A stretch of DNA of 63,489 nucleotides, counting the filler, from Licmophora abbreviata (taxonomy: Eukaryota), in NCBI GenBank assembly GCA_900291995.1. It is 12 parts of 12 records of this genome, joined end to end, with 100 filler letters (N's around TTAATTAATTAA, not from the genome) between each part and the next. Parts side by side here need not be neighbours in the genome. Positions count along the whole stretch, not along the records: positions 52,256 to 55,743 come from OLMU01000534.1; positions 55,844 to 57,260 come from OLMU01000536.1; positions 57,361 to 59,433 come from OLMU01000539.1; positions 59,534 to 63,489 come from OLMU01000540.1; 8 more parts are not named here. One strand, written 5' to 3'. The position numbers were made by a program, and so were the translations under genes. The notes beneath the pieces were generated by a model. The model searched no databases. It saw only the letters and a list, made by a program, of their open reading frames with translations, and had not been told where the DNA came from. Of the stretch, positions 52,309-63,489 are shown in pieces (the first letter of the stretch is position 1; every line of letters starts with the position of its first letter).

Positions 52309-53619
52309 TCAGGAAGAATCCGATTCGGTACCATGGGCTGCGTGCTCGAGTTCAACAAGGCGACGCTCGAGTGAAGCAACGTTTCGAAGAATGTCGACTT
52401 CCTGGGCGTTGGATGGCTCCCACTCGGCGGAGGCCGCTTCGATATCATCTTCTAAATTGTCTCGGTGTTGAGCCTGAATCATACCAGGAAATTCTCGCTC
52501 GTCAATGTTTTGCTGGAGAACAGAGAGCCGTCGTTCGATCATCTCCAAGAAGTCGGCCGGACGAGGACCATGGCCTTGCGGGTTGTCGGATGGCTCCCGC
52601 CCGGCAGACGTCGCTTGGCTGGCACCATCTGAATTGTCTCGGCTTTGTATCTGTCGTCGAGCTTGTCTTGTTCCAGCGGATGGTGTTGCTTGTGCCGGCT
52701 CCTCTCGTAGAGTAGATGGCGGCGTCGCTGGTCGGGGGATGACGTATTCGAAACTCCGCGGAGTCGAGGTGCCAAGATGATCGTCAAAGATCCCTAGAGC
52801 TTCACAATGAGCAATGTCTGCTTGTCGTCGCCAATAGGAATTTGACAGGGTTTCACGGGGATCTTGTTGTTGGTTCTGGTGGCTGACTGAAGCTGGATTT
52901 GCCTCTCGAAGGTTGATGAGTCGTGACCACTTCGTGCGGCGATCTTCTCGAGACTGAAAGTCAGCTTGAGCTGATTCAGCCGCAGTACGGAGCAGCATGC
53001 ACTCTGTGGTTGTAGTAGAGCGCGAAACAGCTTCCGACAGAAGTTCGCGAGGGAGATCTTCTCGAGTCGTTGGGTGAATTGGATGAAGACGGCGTTCATC
53101 TGTGTCTGGGTCGATGGGATTCGGTGATGCCAGTAGTCCAATGAGCATTGCGCGCTCAAAGATGTAGCGTCGTGAAGTCTGAGGACCGACAACAGCCACA
53201 GGGACGTCAACAGCAAAGTCGTTCGAAATCGGACAAAAGTACTTCAGAGCAGCTTCATCGGCTTCAAAATCCTCTCGTGTATATACCACTGACGCCTCAA
53301 CAGCAGTACGTGCAGGACATCGGCGACGACGTGAGGTTCGCTTGGGAGCCCCCTTGAATGTCTCGTCTGCTGCATGAGGAGCTGTGTGGACTGGAGCAGC
53401 TGTGTTGATAGGAGGAGCGGCAGCGTTGACCGGAAGAGGTCGTCGAGGACGTGCAGTCGGGGCCTGCTCGGCGAGACCCCCTTGGAATCCTTCCTCGGTA
53501 GACGACGATCGCATCCGTCCCCGACGAGGACGAACGCTTCTCTGCTGTAAAGCAGTGGACGCTGATCTCGTGCGGCGAGTGCCACGGGAACGGGAGCGAG
53601 TGGCTCTGGGCTGAGCCAT
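52309..53619 (-). CDS. Hypothetical Arg-rich protein with a degenerate U-box-like segment
   Basis: 436-aa ORF; KYFCPISNDFAVDVPV...YIFERAML...HPTTREDL. Confidence 0.55.
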   Translation of the reverse strand: MAQPRATRSRSRGTRRTRSASTALQQRSVRPRRGRMRSSSTEEGFQGGLAEQAPTARPRRPLPVNAAAPPINTAAPVHTAPHAADETFKGAPKRTSRRRRCPARTAVEASVVYTREDFEADEAALKYFCPISNDFAVDVPVAVVGPQTSRRYIFERAMLIGLLASPNPIDPDTDERRLHPIHPTTREDLPRELLSEAVSRSTTTTECMLLRTAAESAQADFQSREDRRTKWSRLINLREANPASVSHQNQQQDPRETLSNSYWRRQADIAHCEALGIFDDHLGTSTPRSFEYVIPRPATPPSTLREEPAQATPSAGTRQARRQIQSRDNSDGASQATSAGREPSDNPQGHGPRPADFLEMIERRLSVLQQNIDEREFPGMIQAQHRDNLEDDIEAASAEWEPSNAQEVDILRNVASLERRLVELEHAAHGTESDSS

Positions 53620-53955
53620 AGTGGAAGGGGCGTCTGTTCAGAAGGCACGGTCGATCTCACAATGGCAAGAGTCACATGATGGTGATGTGCGACGTCCGAC
53701 GTCGTTTTCGACGCCGCAGATTTATTTCGCGGCGGTGGCGCGCCAAAAGATTCCTTTGTTGTGATCCTGGTACCATCGTCATGTGGAGTACAATTTACGT
53801 GCGGTACACAAGGACAGGGAATTTTGCGTGTGGTCGGATCAAATCGCACATCGCCTGTAAATTGTATGATACCGTGTTGACGATGTTATAGTACAATGAT
53901 CACCAAGAATTGATCGTCTACTGCCATAGCCGCAACTAATGCATTTTCGTTCAAT

Positions 53956-55743
53956 ATGCCGCTCTCATTCGGCCATAATCCGCCTTTGTTTCCCCCGAAA
54001 GATCGACAAAACGGAAGTCAACAAAGAGAGCAAAGAAACCGACCAATGGACATCAAAGAAATAGCCGACGTAGGTTGGTGACGCCATGCCCAGTGGTCCC
54101 TCCACCGCGTCCGCTACATTCGCTCCAGGGTCCTGATGTACTCATAGCTTCATCGCTGCCACAAGGATTTCCACCTGAGCTCGCATTCCGATCTCTTGCG
54201 GCATATTCCTTGGTCAGAACCTTAAGTTGTGAGCTCAGACTGTCGCCTTTCACTCCGAATGTATTTTTGAGAGCTTTGTCGCTCCCTTGCCCGAATCGAC
54301 TGATCGGGGATATACACGTCGCCTTGCTTAGAATTTTGTTGCCTACATTGAGCATGGGATACAATTATAGACCGAATGGGGGAGCATCGACTGCTGTGAT
54401 CACCAAGAAGCGTCGCGTGGACGGGGTTCGAATTCAACTGAGAGCTGGAGACAACTTGACTTACATGGATAGCTTGACTTGGCCCCTTTTCTACGACGAC
54501 TATGTCAATCTTACAGCTGGCGTCCTTTGGGATCGGTGGAATGGATCTGAGCGACAACTAGACCTGCGGACCACTGCGATGCAGACATCTGGATCGACTT
54601 GTGATGTTTCGTCTCGTCAATTCCATTCGAAGCAAGAAAAGAATGGCTCAACTAGAACGGGTAGAACGATACCATATTCCGCATCCCGAAAACGACGTCT
54701 GACTCGGGGAGCCATTGAAGATTGTGCGTCAGGGAGCGATTGCGATGGTGATTGGGGAAGCGATTACGAGGCTAGCGAGAATGATGAACATAATGATGAC
54801 GACGAGGACTATGGAACAAAGCCAGGCCCAACGCGGCAGGTCTCTTCCTCTACCTCTAGTGCGTCAAACATACCTGTGTCTATTGGAACTGCCGACCAAA
54901 TGATGCCGATGACCATGCCTATTGGAGTCCCTGACCCTGTCGGACAACTGCCGTTGCACACTGGAGGTGGCGAGGTGTTTTCTATGAATGGACCGGGCTC
55001 GACTTACGTACAATTGACGGCTCCTCCTACGGCGAATATCGATATGCCAAGCCCTGACGTCCTGAGAGAAGGACCTCCCGAGAAAGCTCACGAATAGACC
55101 CGTCGATCGCCGCTCTGACGACATTTCCACATCCCTCACCAATACAAATGACGGGCAGAAAATCCGGAATGAATTCTTTGGATCCACCCCACTACATCCC
55201 GCGCTTCACGCCTTTTACAGCACCTACTTCCGTCGAGTTTATTCTATCTGACTTCGGCGTCACGGCCGCTCCAGCAAGCTCATGGTATCCACTCTCGCTC
55301 TTCGAACGGCGCCGTTCTACCCTATGTAAAAGTTAATTCTGTCGAGGTGCCAAGGGTGGAGACGACGCCGAAAGAGGAGACAGGACATGCTGTCTCTACC
55401 GAAATTCTTGATGCGGTATGAAAGTTTGTCAGCGGGGGTAGTGCGCCAGACGTGATCGCAGAGACGAACCAAAATGCCTCCGAAGTCACTGATAGCATCA
55501 ATGAATTCATCAGCGCCCCAGGCCAAACGTGGTCTCAGTTCGAGCCGCTGAAGAGACTCCGCGATGGCACGCCATATCATTTGCTGATGATCTCCGAAAA
55601 GCTTCAAATGCTTGAATTCCTGTTGGACGAGTTGCTTGCGGTCGATGCCATCGCCGCTGAGTTCTCGCGTCGGCGGACCATGACCGAGTGCTTTCCTTTC
55701 CCATACGGATCGCTCCCATCGAAAGAAGAATTCGAGAATCTGG
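53956..55743 (+). pseudogene. Disrupted DDT/WHIM chromatin-regulator gene
   Basis: DDT LAAYSLVRTLSCELRLSPFTPNVFLRAL; MDSLTWP; WHIM-like YHLLMISEKLQMLEFLLDE. Frameshift near 54000 and in-frame stops from 55095 and at 55419. Confidence 0.55.
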
Positions 55744-55843
55744 NNNNNNNNNNNNNNNNNNNNNNNNNNNNNNNNNNNNNNNNNNNNTTAATTAATTAAN
55801 NNNNNNNNNNNNNNNNNNNNNNNNNNNNNNNNNNNNNNNNNNN
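55744..55843. other. Artificial gap linker
   Basis: N-run, TTAATTAATTAA, N-run. Confidence 0.97.
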
Positions 55844-57260
<1,417 letters not shown>

Positions 57261-57360
57261 NNNNNNNNNNNNNNNNNNNNNNNNNNNNNNNNNNNNNNNN
57301 NNNNTTAATTAATTAANNNNNNNNNNNNNNNNNNNNNNNNNNNNNNNNNNNNNNNNNNNN
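57261..57360. other. Artificial gap linker
   Basis: N-run, TTAATTAATTAA, N-run. Confidence 0.97.
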
Positions 57361-59152
57361 TAAATGGACTGTGCACCAAGTTGGCCGCCATGTCGACGCA
57401 ATGCTGTCGGGAAATGACGTTCTCGCGTACAATCTGCTTCTCGTGACTCCACCCCAGGCCGTACTTCTTGCTGTACGCCCAGCGACACATGCGGCAGCTG
57501 GGACTGGTACGCGTAAACTCGTACATGTCATTGAACGCCTGGACCGCATCCTTATCGCGTCGCCACTCATGGTAGGATTCCCAAAGAGTCCGATTTGCCG
57601 CAACTTTCGCGACATACTTTCCGAGTTGGTCCCACTGTTGAAAGTCGCCGCTGCTGATGTACGAATGCGGCGGCAAATGCTGTTTGAGATTGGACGGACC
57701 AAGAATGACTGGCACCGATCCCGACTGAAAGGTGTCCCATATAACTTGGGTAATGTGGTCCTTCTCGGTGCTGGCTTCAAAAGCCAAATTAAACAAATGC
57801 TTTTGATGGATTTTGATTCGATCCAGTCGATTGGAGAGGCTCATGCCCTCGGGAAGCTCAGTATCGTGATCGCACGATCCGTAATGGGCCACAGGATAGT
57901 TGTTCGCGACGGCACCGACCCATCGATTCCGCTTACTCCCAGCGGAATTACACTTTTCGTCGACCAAATAGGAGGCAGACGGTTCAAAGTCTTCGTAGTC
58001 TATCGCCTGTACCTTGGAAATGTCGTAGTCTTCAAAGGTAAAGAAGGACAGAGGGACGTTGGACTTGAAGGACGTGGTCGAATAGTACTTGTCTTCGCGA
58101 AAAGCATTCCCTTCGACACGAGCGACCTTGTTCTCGAACGGATCGTCACTGGACTGAATAAGTGTCCAATTGGTACCCTGAATAAAGCGTGTCGTGCCCT
58201 TCATGCCATGCTCCTCCTCGCAGGGAATGTCGCAGGCGACCTCGTCGAGCTTCTTGGCCTTCGTGTGTTCCTGAATGACGATCGGGGGCATGCCTTCGCC
58301 CGAGACGGGAGGGTTAATGTTGGAGAACAAGCGCACAGGCTGCGAGCAGTGGAAATCGTATTTGACTGCAGTGTGAGGAGCAATGACGGTTCCGCACCAA
58401 CGGCGTTCAAAGTCGTTGCCATTGTAGGCGATGAAGTTTCGTTTGGACTCGTGCTCGCAAGCCTCATGAAGAGCTAGTCGACCGTCGGGCGAGAGGTAGC
58501 GACAGGGATTGAGGGTTCCGGGAGGAGGATGAAGCAGCGATGCTACATGAGCTGCACTCGTTGCTCCGTTAAGCGAGAGCAATGCCGACGGTGCGTCCTC
58601 TCGAAAAGCCGGATTTTGTCGGTCGTAGTGATAGTGGGCGACGAAGGACTTGAGCGTGACATGATTTCCATGGACCTCCGTGCTCGTTCCGTCCTCTGCG
58701 GGAAGATCAGGAGGTTCTTGTTCATGTTGATGCTCTTCCTCCTCTTCATAGTTAACGTGAGCTTCGTGCTCTAGCTGTGCTTCTGCCGCGTCTTGGTGGT
58801 GCTCTTCGTGGTCAGTGGCTGTGTCGACGTCCTGTTCGTCGTGTTGTTGTTCCATCGTCTCATCCTGCGTCTTGTCTTCTTCCACAAGAGTGTGCAGCTT
58901 GGTGTCGTGGTCGTTCGCAGCGCTAGGCTTCCCCCGAAACTCCTGCGAGCGTGACAAGACCGCGTCCAAGCTGCCAGCACTATGAAGTTCTTGCTGTGTG
59001 ACGGAAGCACGCAGATTCGGAGCGTCTTGTTTCTTCGCTGAAGGCCACACCAAGAGCAACAGGACAGAGCCTATCAGCGCACACAGCAAAACTGTCCTCG
59101 TCGACGCAGACGATCGAGAAGACCGTCGCACGGGACGCCGAATCGTCGTCAT
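57361..59152 (-). CDS. GT10 alpha-1,3-fucosyltransferase-like type II membrane protein, 3' truncated
   Basis: N-terminal TM segment; His/Glu-rich stem; CDIPC; YGSC; FNLAFEASTEKDHITQVIWDTFQSGSVPVILG; LWESYHEWR. Confidence 0.8.
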
Positions 59153-59433
59153 GGCTCTCTCGTCTCTCTTTGAAAAGCACCAGATACTTTATGCTTGTAC
59201 TCGTAGTATAGTAGTGCAGTGTCCTCTCTCACACAAAGCAAGCGCGCACGCTCTCCATCTCCACGCGACGCGAGCAATGACTTTGGACTTTGTATGATAC
59301 ATACTTTGTGGCTCTGGCCGGCGACCGTGTCATCAGTCACGTGTCGTCGATAGTCCCGCAAGACTCAATGATGACGTCAGTGGTGACTAAAAAGAGAAGA
59401 TTGATTCGGAAGAAGCTCAAAGCGAAGTGTATC

Positions 59434-59533
59434 NNNNNNNNNNNNNNNNNNNNNNNNNNNNNNNNNNNNNNNNNNNNTTAATTAATTAANNNNNNNNNNN
59501 NNNNNNNNNNNNNNNNNNNNNNNNNNNNNNNNN
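59434..59533. other. Artificial gap linker
   Basis: N-run, TTAATTAATTAA, N-run. Confidence 0.97.
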
Positions 59534-59557
59534 AACAGCGGTATCACACCTGCCAAC

Positions 59558-61546
59558 ATGGAGGCCCTCGTGACGTCCTTCGGAAATGGATGGAACAAAC
59601 TGGTGCAACAAGAGCATGTTGTTCGAAATACGGCGATCATGCTAGGCGTGCCGCTCGTCTTCAGCTTCACCAAGTTCTACTTGCGATATCGCGCAGCCAT
59701 TCGCGAGCGACTTCGCAAGGCCAAGGAAGAATCGTTCCTGTTTGGAAGCCCCATGATTCGTTTTGACAAGGAACAGCTGAAACGGGAAGCGGACAGTGGT
59801 ATACCGTCACCGCTCGCTACCTTTGCCAATGTTCTCGTTCTCAATCCAAACTTTTGCGAGGCAAACAAGGAAAAGTGGAGTCTCGTTGGTTTGGGCGCCT
59901 ACCTGAATTCCTTGCGTTCCAACGTGCTTCCTGATGGCATCGAGTTGCCAAACTGGATACAGGACGAACTCGAAGCCATGTTTGCCATAGTCGTCAGCAA
60001 GCGACTAGGTCCTTACATGGGCGCTGCCTTGCTACCAGCTCTTGGATCACGCCTCATCGAGGGCCGCATCGAATCGCTTTCCAACAATCTGGCTTCGACT
60101 GTTCTTATGAACTCGGAAAAAAGAGAGAAAGAAGAGCGCCCCATTCAAGGAGGCTTGCAGTTGGATCTTTTTACCTTGAGTGCACTGACCAATATAAATC
60201 AGAAAATGGTGGCGTCTCGCAGGGCTCCGCCTGAGGGGCTGACGTCGCTTGACAAGATGCGTGTCGGCGAAGTGGGATACGAGTTGTCCTTTGCCGAAAT
60301 TACCGACGCTACCATCAAAGAAAAGAAGGAACAAACAGCCGAAGATATTCCTTGTACAGAAGTGCCGGTGCCGAATCCTTTTGTGGTGTTAACCGATTGG
60401 GAAACGACGATTGCGGCGATGGAAGCGCTTGTGAAGCAACAAGACGATGGATACGATCCAGACGATCGTTCCTTGCCAGCGCCACAGCCTGTCAACGAAC
60501 GCCTCCTTCCAGATCTGTATTTTGGTTGGGGATTGGCGGAATGTACGCATAGCAGACGTGAAATCATTCAAAACCGACTGCTAGCTGTCATATTGAATCG
60601 TCTCGCGTACAACCTCTACCTCTACGAGAATGGCGTCTTTGGGTTTTTCAAGGAGGAACCCTTTCGTGCGCAGTTGAGCTCGGACTCAACTCCTCTGGAC
60701 AATCCTCACGACTTTATTCAGGCGTTGGTCAACTCAGGGCATGTCGTGGAGCTGTGCCCGCGAGTGACAGTGACAACTTTTGGTCAGGCCCTGTGTATTA
60801 AGGAGAAGGACGGCAGCTGGTCGAACGTCCCACTTGCAGCGTTTCTTGATAGCGGCTATGAGACAAAAGATGGAAAGAGCGCAAAAGTATGCATGCCGCA
60901 CGGAGGCATCGACCTGGAAATCTCCGGGCCACTGCTGGGGACGGACGGTCGGGGAGAACCACGCAAGTGCAATATTCAGCACTATCTCGCGATCGAAGGA
61001 CTATGCGGGTGGCATTCTAACCACAACGCCGACGTTCCTTGGATCAAAGCCGTCAACTGTTGTGACCCATGGAGGGGCGATCGAGCCCTTCACGCTGTCA
61101 GACTTGCAGGCTTGACGGCAGTCGTCGCGAATGCGGAGTCAACCGAAATGAGACTTCCTTTAGGCGGGTATGGTCTAGTGGGTGTTTGCAACGACTCGGC
61201 TGCATTTGTGGAACAGGTCATGGAGAAGACTACAAACATTTATCCGCTTATGTCCACTGCTCGCTTCCTCGTTCATGCCGTGCGTCGTTTACGAAAGTTA
61301 AGAGATGCGCTAGAAAGTCAGGACTACAAGCCGTTGAAGAAGGAAATCGAGGATATCAATTTGCTTATGGCCGGGACGACTCGTTTACGCACAGATCTTC
61401 ACGCCTCACTGGCCAACTGCAAAGACTCTGGTCGAAGAATGATTCGATGCCTACCGAAAGGGTTGCCATTTCTCCTCAACGTGGAGACGAAGGAAGCCAT
61501 GGAAGACATATTGACTGAGAACCACGAGTATGAAACATTCGGCTAG
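59558..61546 (+). CDS. Conserved-looking hypothetical protein with an N-terminal hydrophobic segment (start may lie in the gap)
   Basis: 662-aa intronless ORF; motifs LLPDLYFGWG, PHGGIDL, GWHS, GGYGLVGVCNDS. Confidence 0.75.
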   Translation: MEALVTSFGNGWNKLVQQEHVVRNTAIMLGVPLVFSFTKFYLRYRAAIRERLRKAKEESFLFGSPMIRFDKEQLKREADSGIPSPLATFANVLVLNPNFCEANKEKWSLVGLGAYLNSLRSNVLPDGIELPNWIQDELEAMFAIVVSKRLGPYMGAALLPALGSRLIEGRIESLSNNLASTVLMNSEKREKEERPIQGGLQLDLFTLSALTNINQKMVASRRAPPEGLTSLDKMRVGEVGYELSFAEITDATIKEKKEQTAEDIPCTEVPVPNPFVVLTDWETTIAAMEALVKQQDDGYDPDDRSLPAPQPVNERLLPDLYFGWGLAECTHSRREIIQNRLLAVILNRLAYNLYLYENGVFGFFKEEPFRAQLSSDSTPLDNPHDFIQALVNSGHVVELCPRVTVTTFGQALCIKEKDGSWSNVPLAAFLDSGYETKDGKSAKVCMPHGGIDLEISGPLLGTDGRGEPRKCNIQHYLAIEGLCGWHSNHNADVPWIKAVNCCDPWRGDRALHAVRLAGLTAVVANAESTEMRLPLGGYGLVGVCNDSAAFVEQVMEKTTNIYPLMSTARFLVHAVRRLRKLRDALESQDYKPLKKEIEDINLLMAGTTRLRTDLHASLANCKDSGRRMIRCLPKGLPFLLNVETKEAMEDILTENHEYETFG

Positions 61547-61555
61547 TAGACTTAG

Positions 61556-63489
61556 TTACGATAGTATGAATACTTCTAGCGGTTCGAGAAAGTCCTTCAC
61601 AAGAGACTCGGCATAAGGCGACAAGGCATACTCGGTGCGAACATCTCGCAACGAATTCACGTCCTCTACAATGACGCGAATGCGCTGCTTTTCATTCTCT
61701 TGCATCCGTGTTTGCTTCACAGTTTGGATCTGTATGAATATAGTGCCTGCCGAAGGGGAAAAGATATTGGTCTCCATATTTGCAACGACGGTTGCTCGAG
61801 TCGTGCTATCCTGAATCGCGATCGATGTGATGAGAGGCGTGTGGTCCGACTCGACAAGATGGTGGGCTTTGTTGAAATGTGCTCCGTCATCGTTCCTAAC
61901 GTCCAACTCCAAGCGCAACATGGCGTAATCGTCTGGTGATGTAACGTTGTCAACGACAATGTCCACGATCCCACCGCTGTGCTGCACTACGGTCCGGCCG
62001 ACACTCAATCCCTCGTAGACGAACACCTCGCTGCTCGACGTGTTGCGACAGTCGTACGATTTCCTACCCTTTGCCTCGTATTTGAACGTTTGCGTCATCC
62101 ATGTTTCTCGGAAAGGAGTTGTGACTATACCATTGCGAGACAAACAGAGGCCCCTGGGTAAACTTGGTTTCTCAACCGTCTGATGTGTGTGATTCCACCG
62201 TAGGCCATACGTGGTAGCATAAGCAAATCGACACATTCGGCAAAGCGGACTGGAACGCAAGAACTCAAGCTTGCTTGCGAGCAATTGAGGGAACTGGTGC
62301 TTGCGCCATGCATGGTAGGATTCCCACAAGGTACGATCATTGGCCACCTCTTGTATGCGAAGTGCGACAGCTTCTTTCGTCCCATAATCGGCCGCCAGAA
62401 TGGTCGAGTTTGGAGGCACGTGGTCACCAACGTTGGGCGCACCAAAGTACACTGGAATCACACCGGCACGAAGTGCCTCCCAGATGGACTCGCTGACGTG
62501 ATCGTCCTCTCGTGACATGTCCACAATCAAGTGAAAATGATGCTTTCTTAGTAGCACGGTGCGGTCTTGCTCGTTGTCGAGAGACATGTCATTTGGCACG
62601 TCAGTGTTGTGCTCGCACGCGCCATACGACATGACTTTGTTTTGTTCGGCAATCGTTCGAACCCAGACGTCTCCACGAGTGGACGCCTTGCACAACACGC
62701 TCTGAAAGAACGAGACTGACATATCCGCATCCCTAAATTTTACTGCTGGGGTCAGATTTCCATACTTTTCCCATGAAAACGAAGACAGCGGAATGTCTGA
62801 AACAAACGACTGGGATGCAAGATAGCGCTTGTGTCGATACTCGTTGCGATCGAGTCGCTCACCCAGTGGTTGCATATTGTAGGTAAATTGCAGAGCTGTT
62901 CCTTCCACAGTCCACTTGGAAAAACTAGGTACATGAGGGCAATGACAGTTGGTCACTTGACAGGGAATATCGCAGTCTTCTGTCAAATACTCCACATTCT
63001 CGGGCAGGTCGATTCGCCGCAGACGAGTCGAAGGCATTCCCGTTCCATCCGTCGGAGGAGAGTCATTAGAAAACAATCGGACAGGTTCTTGACAGAATCG
63101 CTCGTATCGCTGAATTCCCCCGGGCAGAATCGTCTTGCCACACCACGTCCGCGGAAACGCCTGTTGGTTGTATGCCACTAGTGGGGTGACGCCGGCCTGA
63201 GTGCACTCGGGACGCCGCAGCTGTTGTCGTATTGGTTCTGGCGACGTGTCGTAGTAGAGGCACGGTGTGAGTGTACTTTCACCCTTGAGAAGCGCAATGA
63301 CTCGTTTTTGTGCCTCTGTGCGTTTCTGCTCGAGAAGATTGCCGCTGCTGAGCTGAGGTGGCTGTCGCAGACGTTCCGATGCAAAGTCGACAACGAAGGC
63401 GCGCTCCTCAAGATGGTCCCATTCTACGGACACAGCACTGCTGTCGACTCCCTCAGGACTCGTCTCCAAGATTCTATGAAAGACCTCTT
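61556..63489 (-). CDS. Second GT10 fucosyltransferase-like paralog; 5' end lies beyond the window
   Basis: Frame open to the window edge; CDIPC, YGAC, HLIVDMSREDDHVSESIWEALRAGVIPVYFGAPN, LWESYHAWR. Confidence 0.8.
   Translation of the reverse strand, partial: EVFHRILETSPEGVDSSAVSVEWDHLEERAFVVDFASERLRQPPQLSSGNLLEQKRTEAQKRVIALLKGESTLTPCLYYDTSPEPIRQQLRRPECTQAGVTPLVAYNQQAFPRTWCGKTILPGGIQRYERFCQEPVRLFSNDSPPTDGTGMPSTRLRRIDLPENVEYLTEDCDIPCQVTNCHCPHVPSFSKWTVEGTALQFTYNMQPLGERLDRNEYRHKRYLASQSFVSDIPLSSFSWEKYGNLTPAVKFRDADMSVSFFQSVLCKASTRGDVWVRTIAEQNKVMSYGACEHNTDVPNDMSLDNEQDRTVLLRKHHFHLIVDMSREDDHVSESIWEALRAGVIPVYFGAPNVGDHVPPNSTILAADYGTKEAVALRIQEVANDRTLWESYHAWRKHQFPQLLASKLEFLRSSPLCRMCRFAYATTYGLRWNHTHQTVEKPSLPRGLCLSRNGIVTTPFRETWMTQTFKYEAKGRKSYDCRNTSSSEVFVYEGLSVGRTVVQHSGGIVDIVVDNVTSPDDYAMLRLELDVRNDDGAHFNKAHHLVESDHTPLITSIAIQDSTTRATVVANMETNIFSPSAGTIFIQIQTVKQTRMQENEKQRIRVIVEDVNSLRDVRTEYALSPYAESLVKDFLEPLEVFILS

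Noticed and set aside
57371..58477. 368-aa plus-strand ORF
   Set aside because: Antisense shadow of the GT10 gene

Overview
This is a gene-dense (~35 genes) eukaryotic nuclear region, about 50% GC, with short GT-AG introns. It most likely comes from a diatom (inference), based on bipartite plastid leaders, AdoMetDC-aminopropyltransferase-SET fusions and type II membrane PKDCC-like kinases. Eleven artificial ~100-nt gap linkers (N-run, TTAATTAATTAA, N-run) interrupt it and truncate several genes. At the first gap the flanks overlap by 32 bp, which rejoins a plastid-targeted NusG-KOW-acidic-SAP protein. Recognisable housekeeping genes include GOT1, prefoldin subunits, aldo-keto reductases, a Gbp2-like RRM protein, PEX3, S1/P1 nuclease, TrhO-like rhodanese, PUS7/TruD, a thioredoxin, a UBE3B/C-like HECT ligase, a GNAT, TMEM42 and an SDR. 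The main candidate system is at 28.3-36.0 kb. Two tandem long-chain-polyamine synthase fusion paralogs, one with a degenerate pyruvoyl site, sit head-to-head with a secreted 976-aa protein made of five unrecognised ~110-aa two-Cys repeats and a Pro/Ser/Thr stalk. Other notable features are an RRM plus RapZ C-terminal fusion, a CPSF30-YTH-DCD fusion, a signal-peptide UBL-STI1 protein, a sulfotransferase/fucosyltransferase group, and a frameshifted segment with an orphan phosphoglucomutase fragment. No tRNA, rRNA, CRISPR array or transposon was recognised. All family calls come from motif recognition by eye, not from database searches.
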